Part shown: piece by piece, positions 28,403 through 38,191 of the stretch | Position numbering within the stretch: position 1 is the first letter of the stretch | Layout: each line of letters opens with the position of its first letter | DNA from: Trichormus sp. ATA11-4-KO1 | Lineage (GTDB): Bacteria > Cyanobacteriota > Cyanobacteriia > Cyanobacteriales > Nostocaceae | Length of the DNA stretch: 42,450 bases | Assembly (NCBI GenBank): GCA_019358915.1 | Contig: JAHHIM010000039.1 | Location: forward strand, 1 to 42,450 | Reading direction: 5' to 3' | Notes under the pieces: generated by a model | The model's database searches: none | What the model saw: the letters and a program-made list of their open reading frames with translations, nothing else | What the model was told of the DNA's origin: nothing | Translations under genes and position numbers: made by a program

Positions 28403-29110
28403 ATGACTCCTGAAGAGGCTATTAAAGTTGCTGATGATGCTCTATATACGAAGAATGGCAAGCATTTGACAGATATACAAAAATTCATCTTGCTTGAATC
28501 TCTATTAGGAAAGAAATATGAGGAAATGCAAGGCTATGAAACACAACACATTAAAAATGAGGGAGCTAAATTATGGAAAACTCTTTCAGAGGCATTAGCA
28601 GAAAGAGTTAGTAAAACAAATTTCCAAACAGCATTAGAAAGACGATATCAGTTATTTGATAAGCAAAAACTCAAAAAACCTCTAGAAAATCAAGCTACAA
28701 CTATTACTACAAGCATTAACAGCAAAAGTAATTTAAAAGACGAAGCAATGTTGTTAATCAAAGAAATTAAAGAATTTTTAGTAGCTACTTATAAACAACA
28801 AGAAATAATTAGAAGCGAATATATGGGTAAAGAGCTAGTAGCAAATTCAGAATACAGATCCCAAATATGGAATGAATTTATTAACATTTCAACAAGATTT
28901 GGCAATGAAAAGATGATTGAGTATAAAGCTAAGTTTAAAAACAGAGCGATCAGAACAAGAGATAAAATCTTATTACAAATAGGTAAAAATTTAGAAGATA
29001 TAGATAAAACAACATTAGCTTTTTATGATAATCCAATAACTTTATATATTGCTGAAGAAATTCAAGCTAATCTAGAAGAAATTGCCGCAGAATTAGAAGA
29101 TCAGCCTTGA
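28403..29110 (+). CDS. Protein with a cyanobacterial N-terminal wHTH of the type found on NACHT/vWA-MoxR-associated proteins, plus an unknown helical C-terminus
   Basis: KHLTDIQ..IL...Y.E....Y...HIK..GAKLWK.LSEAL.ERVSKTNF motif; AT-rich. Confidence 0.65.
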   Translation: MTPEEAIKVADDALYTKNGKHLTDIQKFILLESLLGKKYEEMQGYETQHIKNEGAKLWKTLSEALAERVSKTNFQTALERRYQLFDKQKLKKPLENQATTITTSINSKSNLKDEAMLLIKEIKEFLVATYKQQEIIRSEYMGKELVANSEYRSQIWNEFINISTRFGNEKMIEYKAKFKNRAIRTRDKILLQIGKNLEDIDKTTLAFYDNPITLYIAEEIQANLEEIAAELEDQP

Positions 29111-29202
29111 ATAATATGATTGCAGCAGTAGCAGTTGCTGCAATTAAAATGTGACTCAAGAATTTAAAGACAAATTCTAAATGACTCTTGAGCGAACCGA
29201 TA

Positions 29203-29754
29203 CTAAAACCCAATCACCGAAACAGCTTTACGCTTCTGCTCTGGCGTAACCTCCAGATAACGCTGCAAAGTCCCCAAGTCACTATGTCCAGATATTTCCT
29301 GAATAGTTCTCAAAGGTATCCCAGCGCTCGACATCTGGGTGAGAGCCGTTCGCCTAAACGAATGGGTGCTGACTCCCTCCACCCCAATCCGCTTGCAAGC
29401 ATCTCGTAAAATCTTGTCTGCCATGAATCGGGTCAGCCGTTCAGTTACACCACGCTTACCAGGAAACATCACCTCCCTCTTGGGCTGATACTCCGCCAAT
29501 ATTGCTGCTAGTGCTGGTGGAATATCTACAATCCGTGTTTTGTACTTGCCTTTGGTGGTAGACTTGCGGAAAGTGATAGTTCCAGACTTGATATCAGTCA
29601 AGTTGAGAGCCAACGCTTCTGATACGCGACAACCAGTAAACAGGCAGATGCCAAACAGAGCGCGATCGCGTGGGGTAAGTAAACCCTCAGTGAACAATCG
29701 CCTTAATTCGTCTTGGCTGAGTATTTTGCCTTGTCCGTTGCCGCTAACCTTCAT
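29203..29754 (-). CDS. Minimal tyrosine recombinase (probable plasmid resolvase)
   Basis: TGCRVSE, THSFRRT, SGH, LQRYL catalytic residues; 183 aa. Confidence 0.92.
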   Translation of the reverse strand: MKVSGNGQGKILSQDELRRLFTEGLLTPRDRALFGICLFTGCRVSEALALNLTDIKSGTITFRKSTTKGKYKTRIVDIPPALAAILAEYQPKREVMFPGKRGVTERLTRFMADKILRDACKRIGVEGVSTHSFRRTALTQMSSAGIPLRTIQEISGHSDLGTLQRYLEVTPEQKRKAVSVIGF

Positions 29755-30184
29755 CCTTTGTACCTTCTAGGGCATTACACCTAACCTTGAAAACGTGTAA
29801 TCACACCCCAAAAGTATTGTATCTTCGTTGGGGTCACCACCGCGACAACGAGCGATCAATTTCTACTTATCATTCCCAACGGCTACAACCCGTATGATTC
29901 CGTTGGATGATTAAACTTGCTTATCTAGGCTGCACGATGACCACTTGCAGGTATAATCCGCATTAATAGAATTCGCTCATGTTGCGGCTTGCCCAACTGT
30001 CTATACTGGGTTCTATACCCCTGGTTGATCCATCGTTGCTATCAAAACCGATATCTTTTTTCTCTGTCTCAGCGTCTAGACATGGTGTAGACGGAAATCA
30101 ATTGTAAATAAAACTTACCTTCCTAGTGGCGCGGGAACATTTCATGCTATTGTCTGACTGGTTTTATAGGAAATTTCATATAAA

Positions 30185-30559
30185 ATGGATGATGACGAGG
30201 ATATTGTAGAAATTCCTTTACGACCTCTGGTTTGGATGGGAGACTCTCTCAAAAATATCCGCTCATTTCCTGAAGAGGTGCGTGCATCAGTAGGCTATGC
30301 TCTCCAATTGGTGCAAGCAGGGGAAACACCAATGGATGCCAAACCTTTTAAAGGGGTTGGAAGCGGCGTGTATGAAATCGTCAAACGCTACGATACCGAT
30401 ACTTACAGGGCTGTTTATGCAGTAAAGATTGGAGAAAAAATCTATGTCCTGCACGCTTTTCAAAAGAAATCAAAGCAGGGAATTAAAACTCCACAGGCTG
30501 ATGTTGACCTGATTAAACAACGCTATAAGGATGCGGTAGCAAGGGAGAAACAACAATGA
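30185..30559 (+). CDS. RelE/HigB-like (Gp49-type) toxin
   Basis: KPFKGVGSGVYEI, YRAVY, YVLHAFQKKSK.GIKTP; toxin-first gene order. Confidence 0.88.
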   Translation: MDDDEDIVEIPLRPLVWMGDSLKNIRSFPEEVRASVGYALQLVQAGETPMDAKPFKGVGSGVYEIVKRYDTDTYRAVYAVKIGEKIYVLHAFQKKSKQGIKTPQADVDLIKQRYKDAVAREKQQ

Positions 30560-30882
30560 CACAAGAATCGGTTTTTGAAGAAAGCAGTGGCAATGTATTC
30601 GCTGACCTCGGTTTGTCGGATGCTTCGGAACTTTTTACGCGGGGCAAAATAGGGATTCAGGTATTGCGCCTTTTGAAACAACGCAACCTGAAACAGCGTG
30701 AAATCAGTGAACTTCTAGGCATTCCGCAGCCAGAAGTATCTCATTTGATGAAAGGAGAGTTTCAACGGTTCAGCGAGGGCAAACTCCTCATTTTCCTCAA
30801 GCGACTCGATACGGAAATTACCTTGCATCTTCGCTCTCGTCACGCGCAGGGTGAATCTGCTGAAACTGTGATATCGCTATAG
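30556..30882 (+). CDS. HigA-like XRE HTH antitoxin
   Basis: SSGNVFADLG, LKQREISELLGIPQPEVSHL; ATGA overlap with the toxin. Confidence 0.88.
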   Translation: MTQESVFEESSGNVFADLGLSDASELFTRGKIGIQVLRLLKQRNLKQREISELLGIPQPEVSHLMKGEFQRFSEGKLLIFLKRLDTEITLHLRSRHAQGESAETVISL

Positions 30883-30890
30883 GGGGTAAA

Positions 30891-31095
30891 GTTAGGTCGA
30901 GGGGGAGTATGATCTCCCGCCCCTCCCAATTAGAACCGGACGTACCCGTTTTGGCTTTACTCTCAAGCCGTACCTTTCGCCATTGCAGGAAAAATTGCTG
31001 GCTGATAAGGATTTCCATCGTTAAGAAACATTTCGCCAACGGTATCGTTATCTCGGCGGATTTTGGGTTCTAAGCTAAAACGAGACTGCCCCCTT
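30891..31095 (-). mobile_element. Internally deleted group II intron remnant (3' half of domain V plus domain VI)
   Basis: Minus strand ...GTACGTCCGGTTCTAATTGGGAGGGGCGGGAGATCATACTCCCCCTCGACCTAAC ends in AC at 30891. The 5' boundary is uncertain. Confidence 0.6.
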
Positions 31096-31128
31096 AATAA
31101 CTCAACAGGCTCATGACAGCAGTTCCAT

Positions 31129-32601
31129 TCATTTATACCCTAATTCTTCAGCTTGCGTCGTATTAGTTACCCAATCTACACGCTTAGATAATTTATTTAA
31201 AACTACTGTTTGATAATTCCCATCATAGTTAAGCATTTTTAAATTAATACGAATTAAAATATCGTGAAGATGCTTAAAAAATCTAACTACATCTTCAAAG
31301 TCATATTGGCTATCAAAGTTAAAGTAACCTTCGTGAATTATAGCCCCTCTGTAATAAGATAAAACTCCAGCAAATTTTTGACTATCTGGGCGCGGATTTC
31401 TCTGATAATAGTCGTTGATGATAGTAGCATCTTGTAATTGAAACTCAAGATGATTGAGTAGGTCAACAACTGCTAATCCAAAATGCTTTTCTTTGTTTGT
31501 GGCGTTTTGTATTCTATCTTTAATTCGATTAAGTATATCGCTTTCGTTTGCTAATGCAGTACTGGTAATACTTTGTATTTGTGTAACAGCATGATTAATA
31601 ATTCTGTTCAATTGAGTCTTTTGAGAATTATTTAAACCACTGTCTAAAATTTGAGTATTAACCTGATATTTTGTACATAAGCTTTCTAATTCTCGAATTA
31701 ATAAATCTTTTCTATTTGATAAAAACTGTTTTGGATTTCCTGCCTGAATAGTCAACTCTAAACTAACACGTAAATATGATTGTCCAAAATGAGACGAAGA
31801 TAGAGATTTTTCAAGTAATTTTCCAATTCCACTATTCAGATCCGAGTCATGACCTTTGATAGCAACATGACCTTTAATATAAGGACAAGGATGTATATTA
31901 TAGTGAATTCGTTTCACAAGTTTACAATTTTCATCTCTAAATTCAATCCAAGGTGCTTGTACTTCTGTTCCCGTAGCTAATCCTAAAACATATAATAAAT
32001 CAAAGGGAAAATTTTCTTCTATATCATCAGTAGCAATAGACATAGAGCCTACTTCACCAACCATAATTGATGTAATAGTACAATGCTCTTGTTCTGAGTC
32101 TAATTTTCTTCTTATGTCTTCATAATTAGGTAAAGGTTCTATCCAGCTTTCTTTGTTTTTATATTTGAAGTTGATTAAACGATGAGGATAAAATTTATTT
32201 ACTTCTATTTCTAAAATTTCTTCTTGAATAAACTCTGTTACCAAGTTAGTCAAAGGTATTATCCAATATTTAGGCGTTAGTTGTTCATGTGTTTCTACCT
32301 CAAATTTATCAGTTGATATAGTGAGATTAATTCCTTGATTGAATATTATATCACGGGGTAATAATCGAATATTTGAATTAATACATATATCTTCTGAGAG
32401 AGTTTTAAAGTTAATATTCTGAATTTTTTGATTAGTATCATAATTGTGTAAATTTATTTCAATATTAAATTTGCCAGATTGTTCAAAATTTATCTGGCAA
32501 CAAGTATCACCCTCTGAAGAATCACTGAAATTAACTTTACCATTACCTTGATAATAAAAATAAGGTTGAAATGATTGACATATTGGTGAATTAATAATCA
32601 T
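31129..32601 (-). CDS. AT-rich protein with C-terminal HEPN-like RxxxxH motif (ApeA-like candidate defence nuclease)
   Basis: 490 aa; helical C-terminus with YRGAIIHEG and an upstream ELE; visibly AT-rich. Confidence 0.6.
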   Translation of the reverse strand: MIINSPICQSFQPYFYYQGNGKVNFSDSSEGDTCCQINFEQSGKFNIEINLHNYDTNQKIQNINFKTLSEDICINSNIRLLPRDIIFNQGINLTISTDKFEVETHEQLTPKYWIIPLTNLVTEFIQEEILEIEVNKFYPHRLINFKYKNKESWIEPLPNYEDIRRKLDSEQEHCTITSIMVGEVGSMSIATDDIEENFPFDLLYVLGLATGTEVQAPWIEFRDENCKLVKRIHYNIHPCPYIKGHVAIKGHDSDLNSGIGKLLEKSLSSSHFGQSYLRVSLELTIQAGNPKQFLSNRKDLLIRELESLCTKYQVNTQILDSGLNNSQKTQLNRIINHAVTQIQSITSTALANESDILNRIKDRIQNATNKEKHFGLAVVDLLNHLEFQLQDATIINDYYQRNPRPDSQKFAGVLSYYRGAIIHEGYFNFDSQYDFEDVVRFFKHLHDILIRINLKMLNYDGNYQTVVLNKLSKRVDWVTNTTQAEELGYK

Positions 32602-33140
32602 TGTATAATATCCATTGATAATTATTTATTTTAAAGATAGTTTTTCTGTTTATTAAGTATTTTTCTTCTGTCGAATAAACCACTCAAACATCCATTTCAG
32701 ATGAGAGATTGAATATTTTTGTGAATATCCAAAAAATTATGCAGGTACTCTAATGATTGTTTTCTTAGCCCTTGACGTACTGTATTTTTCCAAATTTTAA
32801 CAATTTTGTGGGTTTTAAACACATAGTCAAGGTCTAAAGACAAGTTTTGTGTCCGTTGAGTCCCCTGCATTTACCGATCTCTGTCATGGTGAATAATTAA
32901 TTATCCTCTGTACTGGCTTCCATACCCCCTCTTGAGCAAACTTACTCATTGAGTTTTTCCATTGATACGCAAGTTGGGTTTTTTATTTATTTGAGTTTTG
33001 TTAACAAAGTTTACGTATGTTCACAGTGTATATGCAAATTATAGTTATAATTGACCAATAAATTACTTAAGTAATATTTTTATATTCTATAATTTAAGTA
33101 AAATTCCATACAAGATAGATTATTCAACTAGGAGCAGGGA

Positions 33141-33797
33141 ATGCCTGTAGGACTGCCTGAGTTCGTGGAAAACCCAGAAAATCGTTGCCCAGTGATTCTC
33201 TTACTCGATACCTCTGGCTCTATGTCAGGTCAGCCTATCCAGGATTTGAATCGAGGACTGGCAACTTTCAAAGAAGATGTACTTAAAGATACTCAGGCAT
33301 CCTTGAGTGTAGAAGTGGCTATTGTCACATTTGGACCTGTACGGCTAATTCAAGACTTTGTGACGATTGACCAATTCACACCACCAAAACTGGAGGCAGA
33401 CGGTGTTACTCCCATAGGTGAAGCGATTGAGTACGCTTTGGATTTGTTGGAAAACCGTAAAGCTACTTATAAAAGTAATGGTATTTTATATTATCGTCCT
33501 TGGGTATTTTTTATTACCGATGGAGCGCCCACTGATTATTGGCAAAGTGCAGCACAAAGAGTTAGAGAGGCAGAAGAAAGCCGTAGATTGTGTTTTTTTA
33601 GTGTCGGTGTGCAGGGTGCTGATATGAACAAACTCAAGCAAATTGCTCCCCCTGAACGTCCGCCAGTATCACTAAATGGTTTAGATTTTCGCTCATTATT
33701 TATTTGGCTTTCTACTTCAATGAAACGAGTTTCTAGTGGCAAAGTTGGGGAAGCTGTAGCACTACCTCCTGTGGGATGGGGTCAAATTACTAGCTAA
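33141..33797 (+). CDS. TerY-like vWA protein
   Basis: LLLDTSGSM MIDAS, T, ITDGAPTD, YYRPW; strong RBS GGAG. Confidence 0.9.
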   Translation: MPVGLPEFVENPENRCPVILLLDTSGSMSGQPIQDLNRGLATFKEDVLKDTQASLSVEVAIVTFGPVRLIQDFVTIDQFTPPKLEADGVTPIGEAIEYALDLLENRKATYKSNGILYYRPWVFFITDGAPTDYWQSAAQRVREAEESRRLCFFSVGVQGADMNKLKQIAPPERPPVSLNGLDFRSLFIWLSTSMKRVSSGKVGEAVALPPVGWGQITS

Positions 33798-33813
33798 ATT
33801 TTAAGGATTTGTT

Positions 33814-34584
33814 GTGGGTTGGAAAGCAGTTGTGCATTCTGCTATAGGAACGAGTCATCAAAAGCAGGAAATACCTTGCCAAGATAGGGGAGATTATCGC
33901 ATCTTTAATGATGTGATTGTGGGTGCTGTTGCTGATGGTGCTGGCAGTGCTAAATATTCTGATGTTGGTGCGAAATTAGCGGTAGACACCATACTCAAGT
34001 GCTTTGCTGACATTAACGAATCTCTAGAGCAACGCATTTCGCAACCACTTTCTCAAGAAGAAATTAAGAAACTGTTTGAGAAGATTGTAAAAATAGTTAT
34101 TACAAATTTGCATGATCAAGCAAACAGCCAAGGTTATTCAGTTGATGAATTAGCTTGTACACTCTTAGTTTTTGTAGCGACACCTGACTGGCTTGCAGCT
34201 ATGCAAATTGGGGATGGATTTATTGTGGTGCGTCTTCAAGACTTAGATTATCAACTGTTGTTTCAACCAGATAAAGGTGAGTTTGCTAATGAAACAACTT
34301 TTATTACTTCAAACAATGCACTAGAGGAAATGAAAGTAGACATTATTTCAGGAGCGCAAGAATTTATTTCTGCTTCAACTGATGGATTGGAAAAAGTAGC
34401 AATTCGCATGAGTGATTGGCAACCGTTTCCGCCATTCTTTCAACCGTTTGAAGAATACTTACAGGAAACAGCTCATCCAGAGCAAGAAAATGAGTATCTA
34501 ATGAGTTTTCTTAACTCTGAACGACTAAATGCTCGTACGGATGATGATAAAACTTTACTTTTATGCCTTTTTAATAAAGACTAA
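33814..34584 (+). CDS. PP2C-family phosphatase (TerY-P triad)
   Basis: GTSH..PCQD, VADGAGSA, IGDG, TDG, TDDDKT. Confidence 0.9.
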   Translation: MGWKAVVHSAIGTSHQKQEIPCQDRGDYRIFNDVIVGAVADGAGSAKYSDVGAKLAVDTILKCFADINESLEQRISQPLSQEEIKKLFEKIVKIVITNLHDQANSQGYSVDELACTLLVFVATPDWLAAMQIGDGFIVVRLQDLDYQLLFQPDKGEFANETTFITSNNALEEMKVDIISGAQEFISASTDGLEKVAIRMSDWQPFPPFFQPFEEYLQETAHPEQENEYLMSFLNSERLNARTDDDKTLLLCLFNKD

Positions 34585-34590
34585 AATCCA

Positions 34591-37290
34591 ATGACAATTC
34601 TCATTTGTGGTAGCACGAGTGAATCGATTACTCTTTTGGGTGAACCAATAGAAAGCGGTGAAGCGAAAGTTTGGCGAACTAATCACAATGGATATTTAGC
34701 AAAAATTTATCACTCCCCAACTCCTGAGCGTGTACAGAAGTTAGCAGTGATGATATCCCACCGACCCACAGAGCCAAATTCTCACCTTAATCATATTTCT
34801 TTTGCATGGCCTCAGTCGTCGCTGAGAAATGCTCAAGGTGATTGTGTGGGGTTTTTAATGCCAGAGATTAAGGGTGCAAAAGAACTTCTTGATGTGTATA
34901 ACCCGCAGCGTCGTAAAAAGCTCAAACTTGAGATTGATTGGCGTTTTCTACATACAACGGCGTTAAATATTGCCTCAATTATTGAAGCAATTCACGCTTC
35001 TGGTTATGTGTTAGGTGATATCAAACCACAGAATATTTTAGTCAATAATCGCGCTTTACCTTCAATCATTGATACAGATTCTTTTCAAGTGCGTCATCTG
35101 CAAAATGGTAAGGTATATCGTTGTCTGGTAGGTTCACCGGGCTTTACGCCATCGGAACTGATTAACAAAGATTTGTCAACTATAGATCAAACAGAAGTAC
35201 ACGATCATTTCCGGTTAGCAGTCATTATTTATCACCTATTGTTTGGTGGTGAAAGTCCTTTCCAGGGTCAGTGGATAGGTGCGGGGGATTCTCCAGAAAT
35301 CAACGAATTAATCCGTCGTGGGGTCTGGCTTTATGCACCAAACAGTTTAATTCAACCAATCAGCAGGACTATTCCTTTTGAGATTGTTCATCCAGAGGTT
35401 CAACGTTGTTTTTTACAATGTTTTAATGATGGGCATAAAAATGTTAACTTCCGACCAAGTGCTAGGGATTGGGTTAAGGCGTTGAAACTTGCTGTTAATG
35501 ATTTAACTATCTGTGGCAAGGTAGATAGTCATTATTACAGCCGAAACTTTGGTAAATGCTATTGGTGCGATCGCGCTAATAATCTTGGTGCGGATATCTT
35601 TCCTGGAAAATCAACTACTACACAGCAACAAACTGTAGCACCAACAAAAACTCCCAAAATACAACACATTACCTTAGTCAATACGCTTTTAGCACATTCC
35701 GCCAAGATTACTTGCTTAACCTACAGTCCAGATGGTAAAACCCTCGCCAGTGGCAGTTATGACAATACTATTAAACTGTGGGATGTAGCTACTGGAATGC
35801 AAATCTGCACCCTCCAAAGTATTTCTGCCAGAATTAATGACCTAACCTACAGCCCAGATGGTAAAACCATTGCTAGTGGGTGTAATGACAGTACTATCAA
35901 AATGTGGGATGTAGTTACTGGCAGGGAAATCCACTCTCTTAAGGGGCATTCCGCCAGGGTTCTTTGCGTAGCTTACAGTCCAGATGGCAAAACTCTCGCT
36001 AGTGGGAGTAAAGATAGCACTATTAAACTGTGGGATGTAGCTACTGGAAGAAAAATCCACATTTTACAGGGACATGCCACCAGGGTTAATACTTTAGCTT
36101 ACAGCCCAAATGGTAAAGTTCTTGCCAGTGGAGGTGATGACAACACCATCAAACTGTGGGATGTAATCACCAAAGCGCAAATCTGCACCCTCCAAGGACA
36201 TTCTGCCAAAATTTTTTCTTTAGCTTATAGTCCAGATGGCAAAACACTCGCCAGTGGGAGTGGGACACAGGACAAGACCATCAAACTGTGGGATGTGGCT
36301 AATAGAAGAGAAATCCATACTCTCAAAGGGCATTCTAGCAATGTTATTTCTGTAGTCTACAGCCCAGATGGTAAAACCCTTGCTAGTGGAAGTGATGACA
36401 ATACTATCAAACTGTGGGATGTAGTCACTGGAACGCAAATCTACTCGCTTCACGGACATTCTAGTTCGTTTAATGACTTAATTTACAACCCAGATGGTAA
36501 AACTATTGCTAGTGGAAGTAGTGACCATACTATCAAAATTTGGCAACTTACGTCATCGACTACTAAAGCTGCTTCATTACCAGTCAAACCAATTCAATCT
36601 CAAGTTCCTCAACTTAAACAAACGGCAAATTTACCTAGTCAAGTTTTATCAGCACCAGCATCATTTACTCAGCATAGTCAACCAAGCACTGTTCTCCACA
36701 GTATTTCTTCAGTTATCACTTCTGTTTATCCGAATAATTCAATAATTAATACAACTAAAAACACTACATTAAAACAATGGATTATTACAAAGCTAATTCA
36801 AAACCACGAACAACTTATTATCCTTGGTATTGTAGTAATAACAGTATTATTTGCATTTATTGCTCACATTATAAATGAATCAACTTCTGAATTAGATAAT
36901 ATTAATACTACTAGATATGAGACAAAGGAATTAACAGAATTAGAATTATGGAAAATAGCAAATAGTGATGTCAAAAACTATATAATAGGTCAAGAGCGAT
37001 CGCTTGCTAACCTCGATTCTGGATGGGTGATTCAAACCAACCAAGAAATTACCTTGAACAATCAAGACACCTTCCCCCCAGGCAGTTTTTGGCAAGTGAT
37101 TGAGACAAAACCCGATCCCCAACCTGCCACTGGGGATTTATTAGTGCATCTGCGCCTGTGTCCCAATCAAAATCCGCCCAACCCAACACTCAACCTTTCC
37201 CAAAAAGCAGCATGGATTCAACTCTCCCAACTGCAAAATCAAGTGAAGGTTCTACAAGCCAGCGATACCAGTCCATGTGATCTTCAGTAG
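34591..37290 (+). CDS. Ser/Thr kinase + Zn ribbon + 7 WD40 repeats + TM helix + C-terminal domain (TerY-P triad kinase)
   Basis: SGEAKV, AKIY, GDIKPQN, IDTDS, C...H...CYWC, seven YS/NPD/NGKTLASG..D.TIKLWD repeats, LIILGIVVITVLFAFIA. Confidence 0.9.
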   Translation: MTILICGSTSESITLLGEPIESGEAKVWRTNHNGYLAKIYHSPTPERVQKLAVMISHRPTEPNSHLNHISFAWPQSSLRNAQGDCVGFLMPEIKGAKELLDVYNPQRRKKLKLEIDWRFLHTTALNIASIIEAIHASGYVLGDIKPQNILVNNRALPSIIDTDSFQVRHLQNGKVYRCLVGSPGFTPSELINKDLSTIDQTEVHDHFRLAVIIYHLLFGGESPFQGQWIGAGDSPEINELIRRGVWLYAPNSLIQPISRTIPFEIVHPEVQRCFLQCFNDGHKNVNFRPSARDWVKALKLAVNDLTICGKVDSHYYSRNFGKCYWCDRANNLGADIFPGKSTTTQQQTVAPTKTPKIQHITLVNTLLAHSAKITCLTYSPDGKTLASGSYDNTIKLWDVATGMQICTLQSISARINDLTYSPDGKTIASGCNDSTIKMWDVVTGREIHSLKGHSARVLCVAYSPDGKTLASGSKDSTIKLWDVATGRKIHILQGHATRVNTLAYSPNGKVLASGGDDNTIKLWDVITKAQICTLQGHSAKIFSLAYSPDGKTLASGSGTQDKTIKLWDVANRREIHTLKGHSSNVISVVYSPDGKTLASGSDDNTIKLWDVVTGTQIYSLHGHSSSFNDLIYNPDGKTIASGSSDHTIKIWQLTSSTTKAASLPVKPIQSQVPQLKQTANLPSQVLSAPASFTQHSQPSTVLHSISSVITSVYPNNSIINTTKNTTLKQWIITKLIQNHEQLIILGIVVITVLFAFIAHIINESTSELDNINTTRYETKELTELELWKIANSDVKNYIIGQERSLANLDSGWVIQTNQEITLNNQDTFPPGSFWQVIETKPDPQPATGDLLVHLRLCPNQNPPNPTLNLSQKAAWIQLSQLQNQVKVLQASDTSPCDLQ
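35686..36549 (+). repeat. Seven ~126-bp coding tandem repeats (WD40)
   Basis: Recurring AGCCCAGATGGTAAAACC...AAACTGTGGGATGT. Confidence 0.9.
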
Positions 37291-37537
37291 TGCTTTTGTG
37301 AGTGCAACATCGCCAGAGATTGTATTTATCTTCTACACCTCTCTCTGCCCCCTGCACCCCATTGGCGGCAGCCTGCTTGCGGAAATTAATAAAAACCTGA
37401 AATAATACAGGTACAGTAATAACCAGATGAAACATTCACACGACAGACCTTTTACTAGAGGCAAATTATTATTGAAAATTAATTATTATGACCCTTTAGT
37501 TTAGTGAATCCATGCCATCCCTGAACTTGGCGATCGC
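36996..37537. other. 534-bp segment bounded by two HIP1 octamers in the same reading frame
   Basis: GCGATCGC at 36996-37003 and 37530-37537; offset 534 = 178 codons; the coding part is more GC-rich than the flanks. Confidence 0.7.
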
Positions 37538-38124
37538 CCGTCTCATCAATACTGATAATAGGTGTTGGTATTTTATATAAAATTGATGAAAAAAGTCAAA
37601 CACCTATAGTTACTAGCGTTGTTGACAAGTCATCAGCATTTTTAAACGGAATAAAAACTGGCGATAAAATATTATCTATTGATGGCAAATCTACATTAAA
37701 AATGAATGCTTTTGAAGTTTCTATTTTGTTTGAAGGCAAATCAGGTAATCCAATTAATTTGCAAATTTTTCGTTCAGAGCGCAATAAATTCAATCTAACA
37801 TTATTAAGAAAGAGGATGCAAAACCCCAATCTTTCTAAAGAATATTTAAAACTTTGTTTTGCCCATCTTCAATTGGAAGAATATGAAGAGGCACTTGAAA
37901 AGTGTAATAAAGCAGTTAAGATTGATATTTACAATGATGAAGCATACCTTCTAAGAGGTAATGCTCATCTAAATTTAGGAAATAAGACAGAAGGAATAGA
38001 AGACATTAAAAAAGCTGCAAACAAAGGAAACCCAATGGCTATAATTATACTCAAAGATATAGAACAAAAACCGCTTTTAAAAAAATTAAACATAAAAAAG
38101 AATTTTCTAGAGTACCCTGGATGA
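37538..38124 (+). pseudogene. Start-less PDZ + TPR coding segment; probable displaced C-terminus of the kinase gene
   Basis: The frame is open from 37525: IGVGILY...GIKTGDKILSIDGKS (PDZ), then TPR (EEALEKCNKAVKID..AYLLRGNA). The first ATG (37702) falls mid-PDZ. Confidence 0.7.
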
Positions 38125-38191
38125 CTAAGGTTAGAGTTTTAAATTTATACAATTCTTGGTATAAACTAATTTTCAATTGATACCCCTCTTT

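Noticed and set aside
29774..29801. Recombination site for the tyrosine recombinase (ATTACAC...GTGTAAT)
   Set aside because: Arms are short and the spacer is longer than typical 6-8 bp cores; it may be an operator but is unsupported.
35686..36549. Diversity-generating retroelement or non-coding repeat array
   Set aside because: These are ordinary coding WD40 repeats, and no reverse transcriptase is present.
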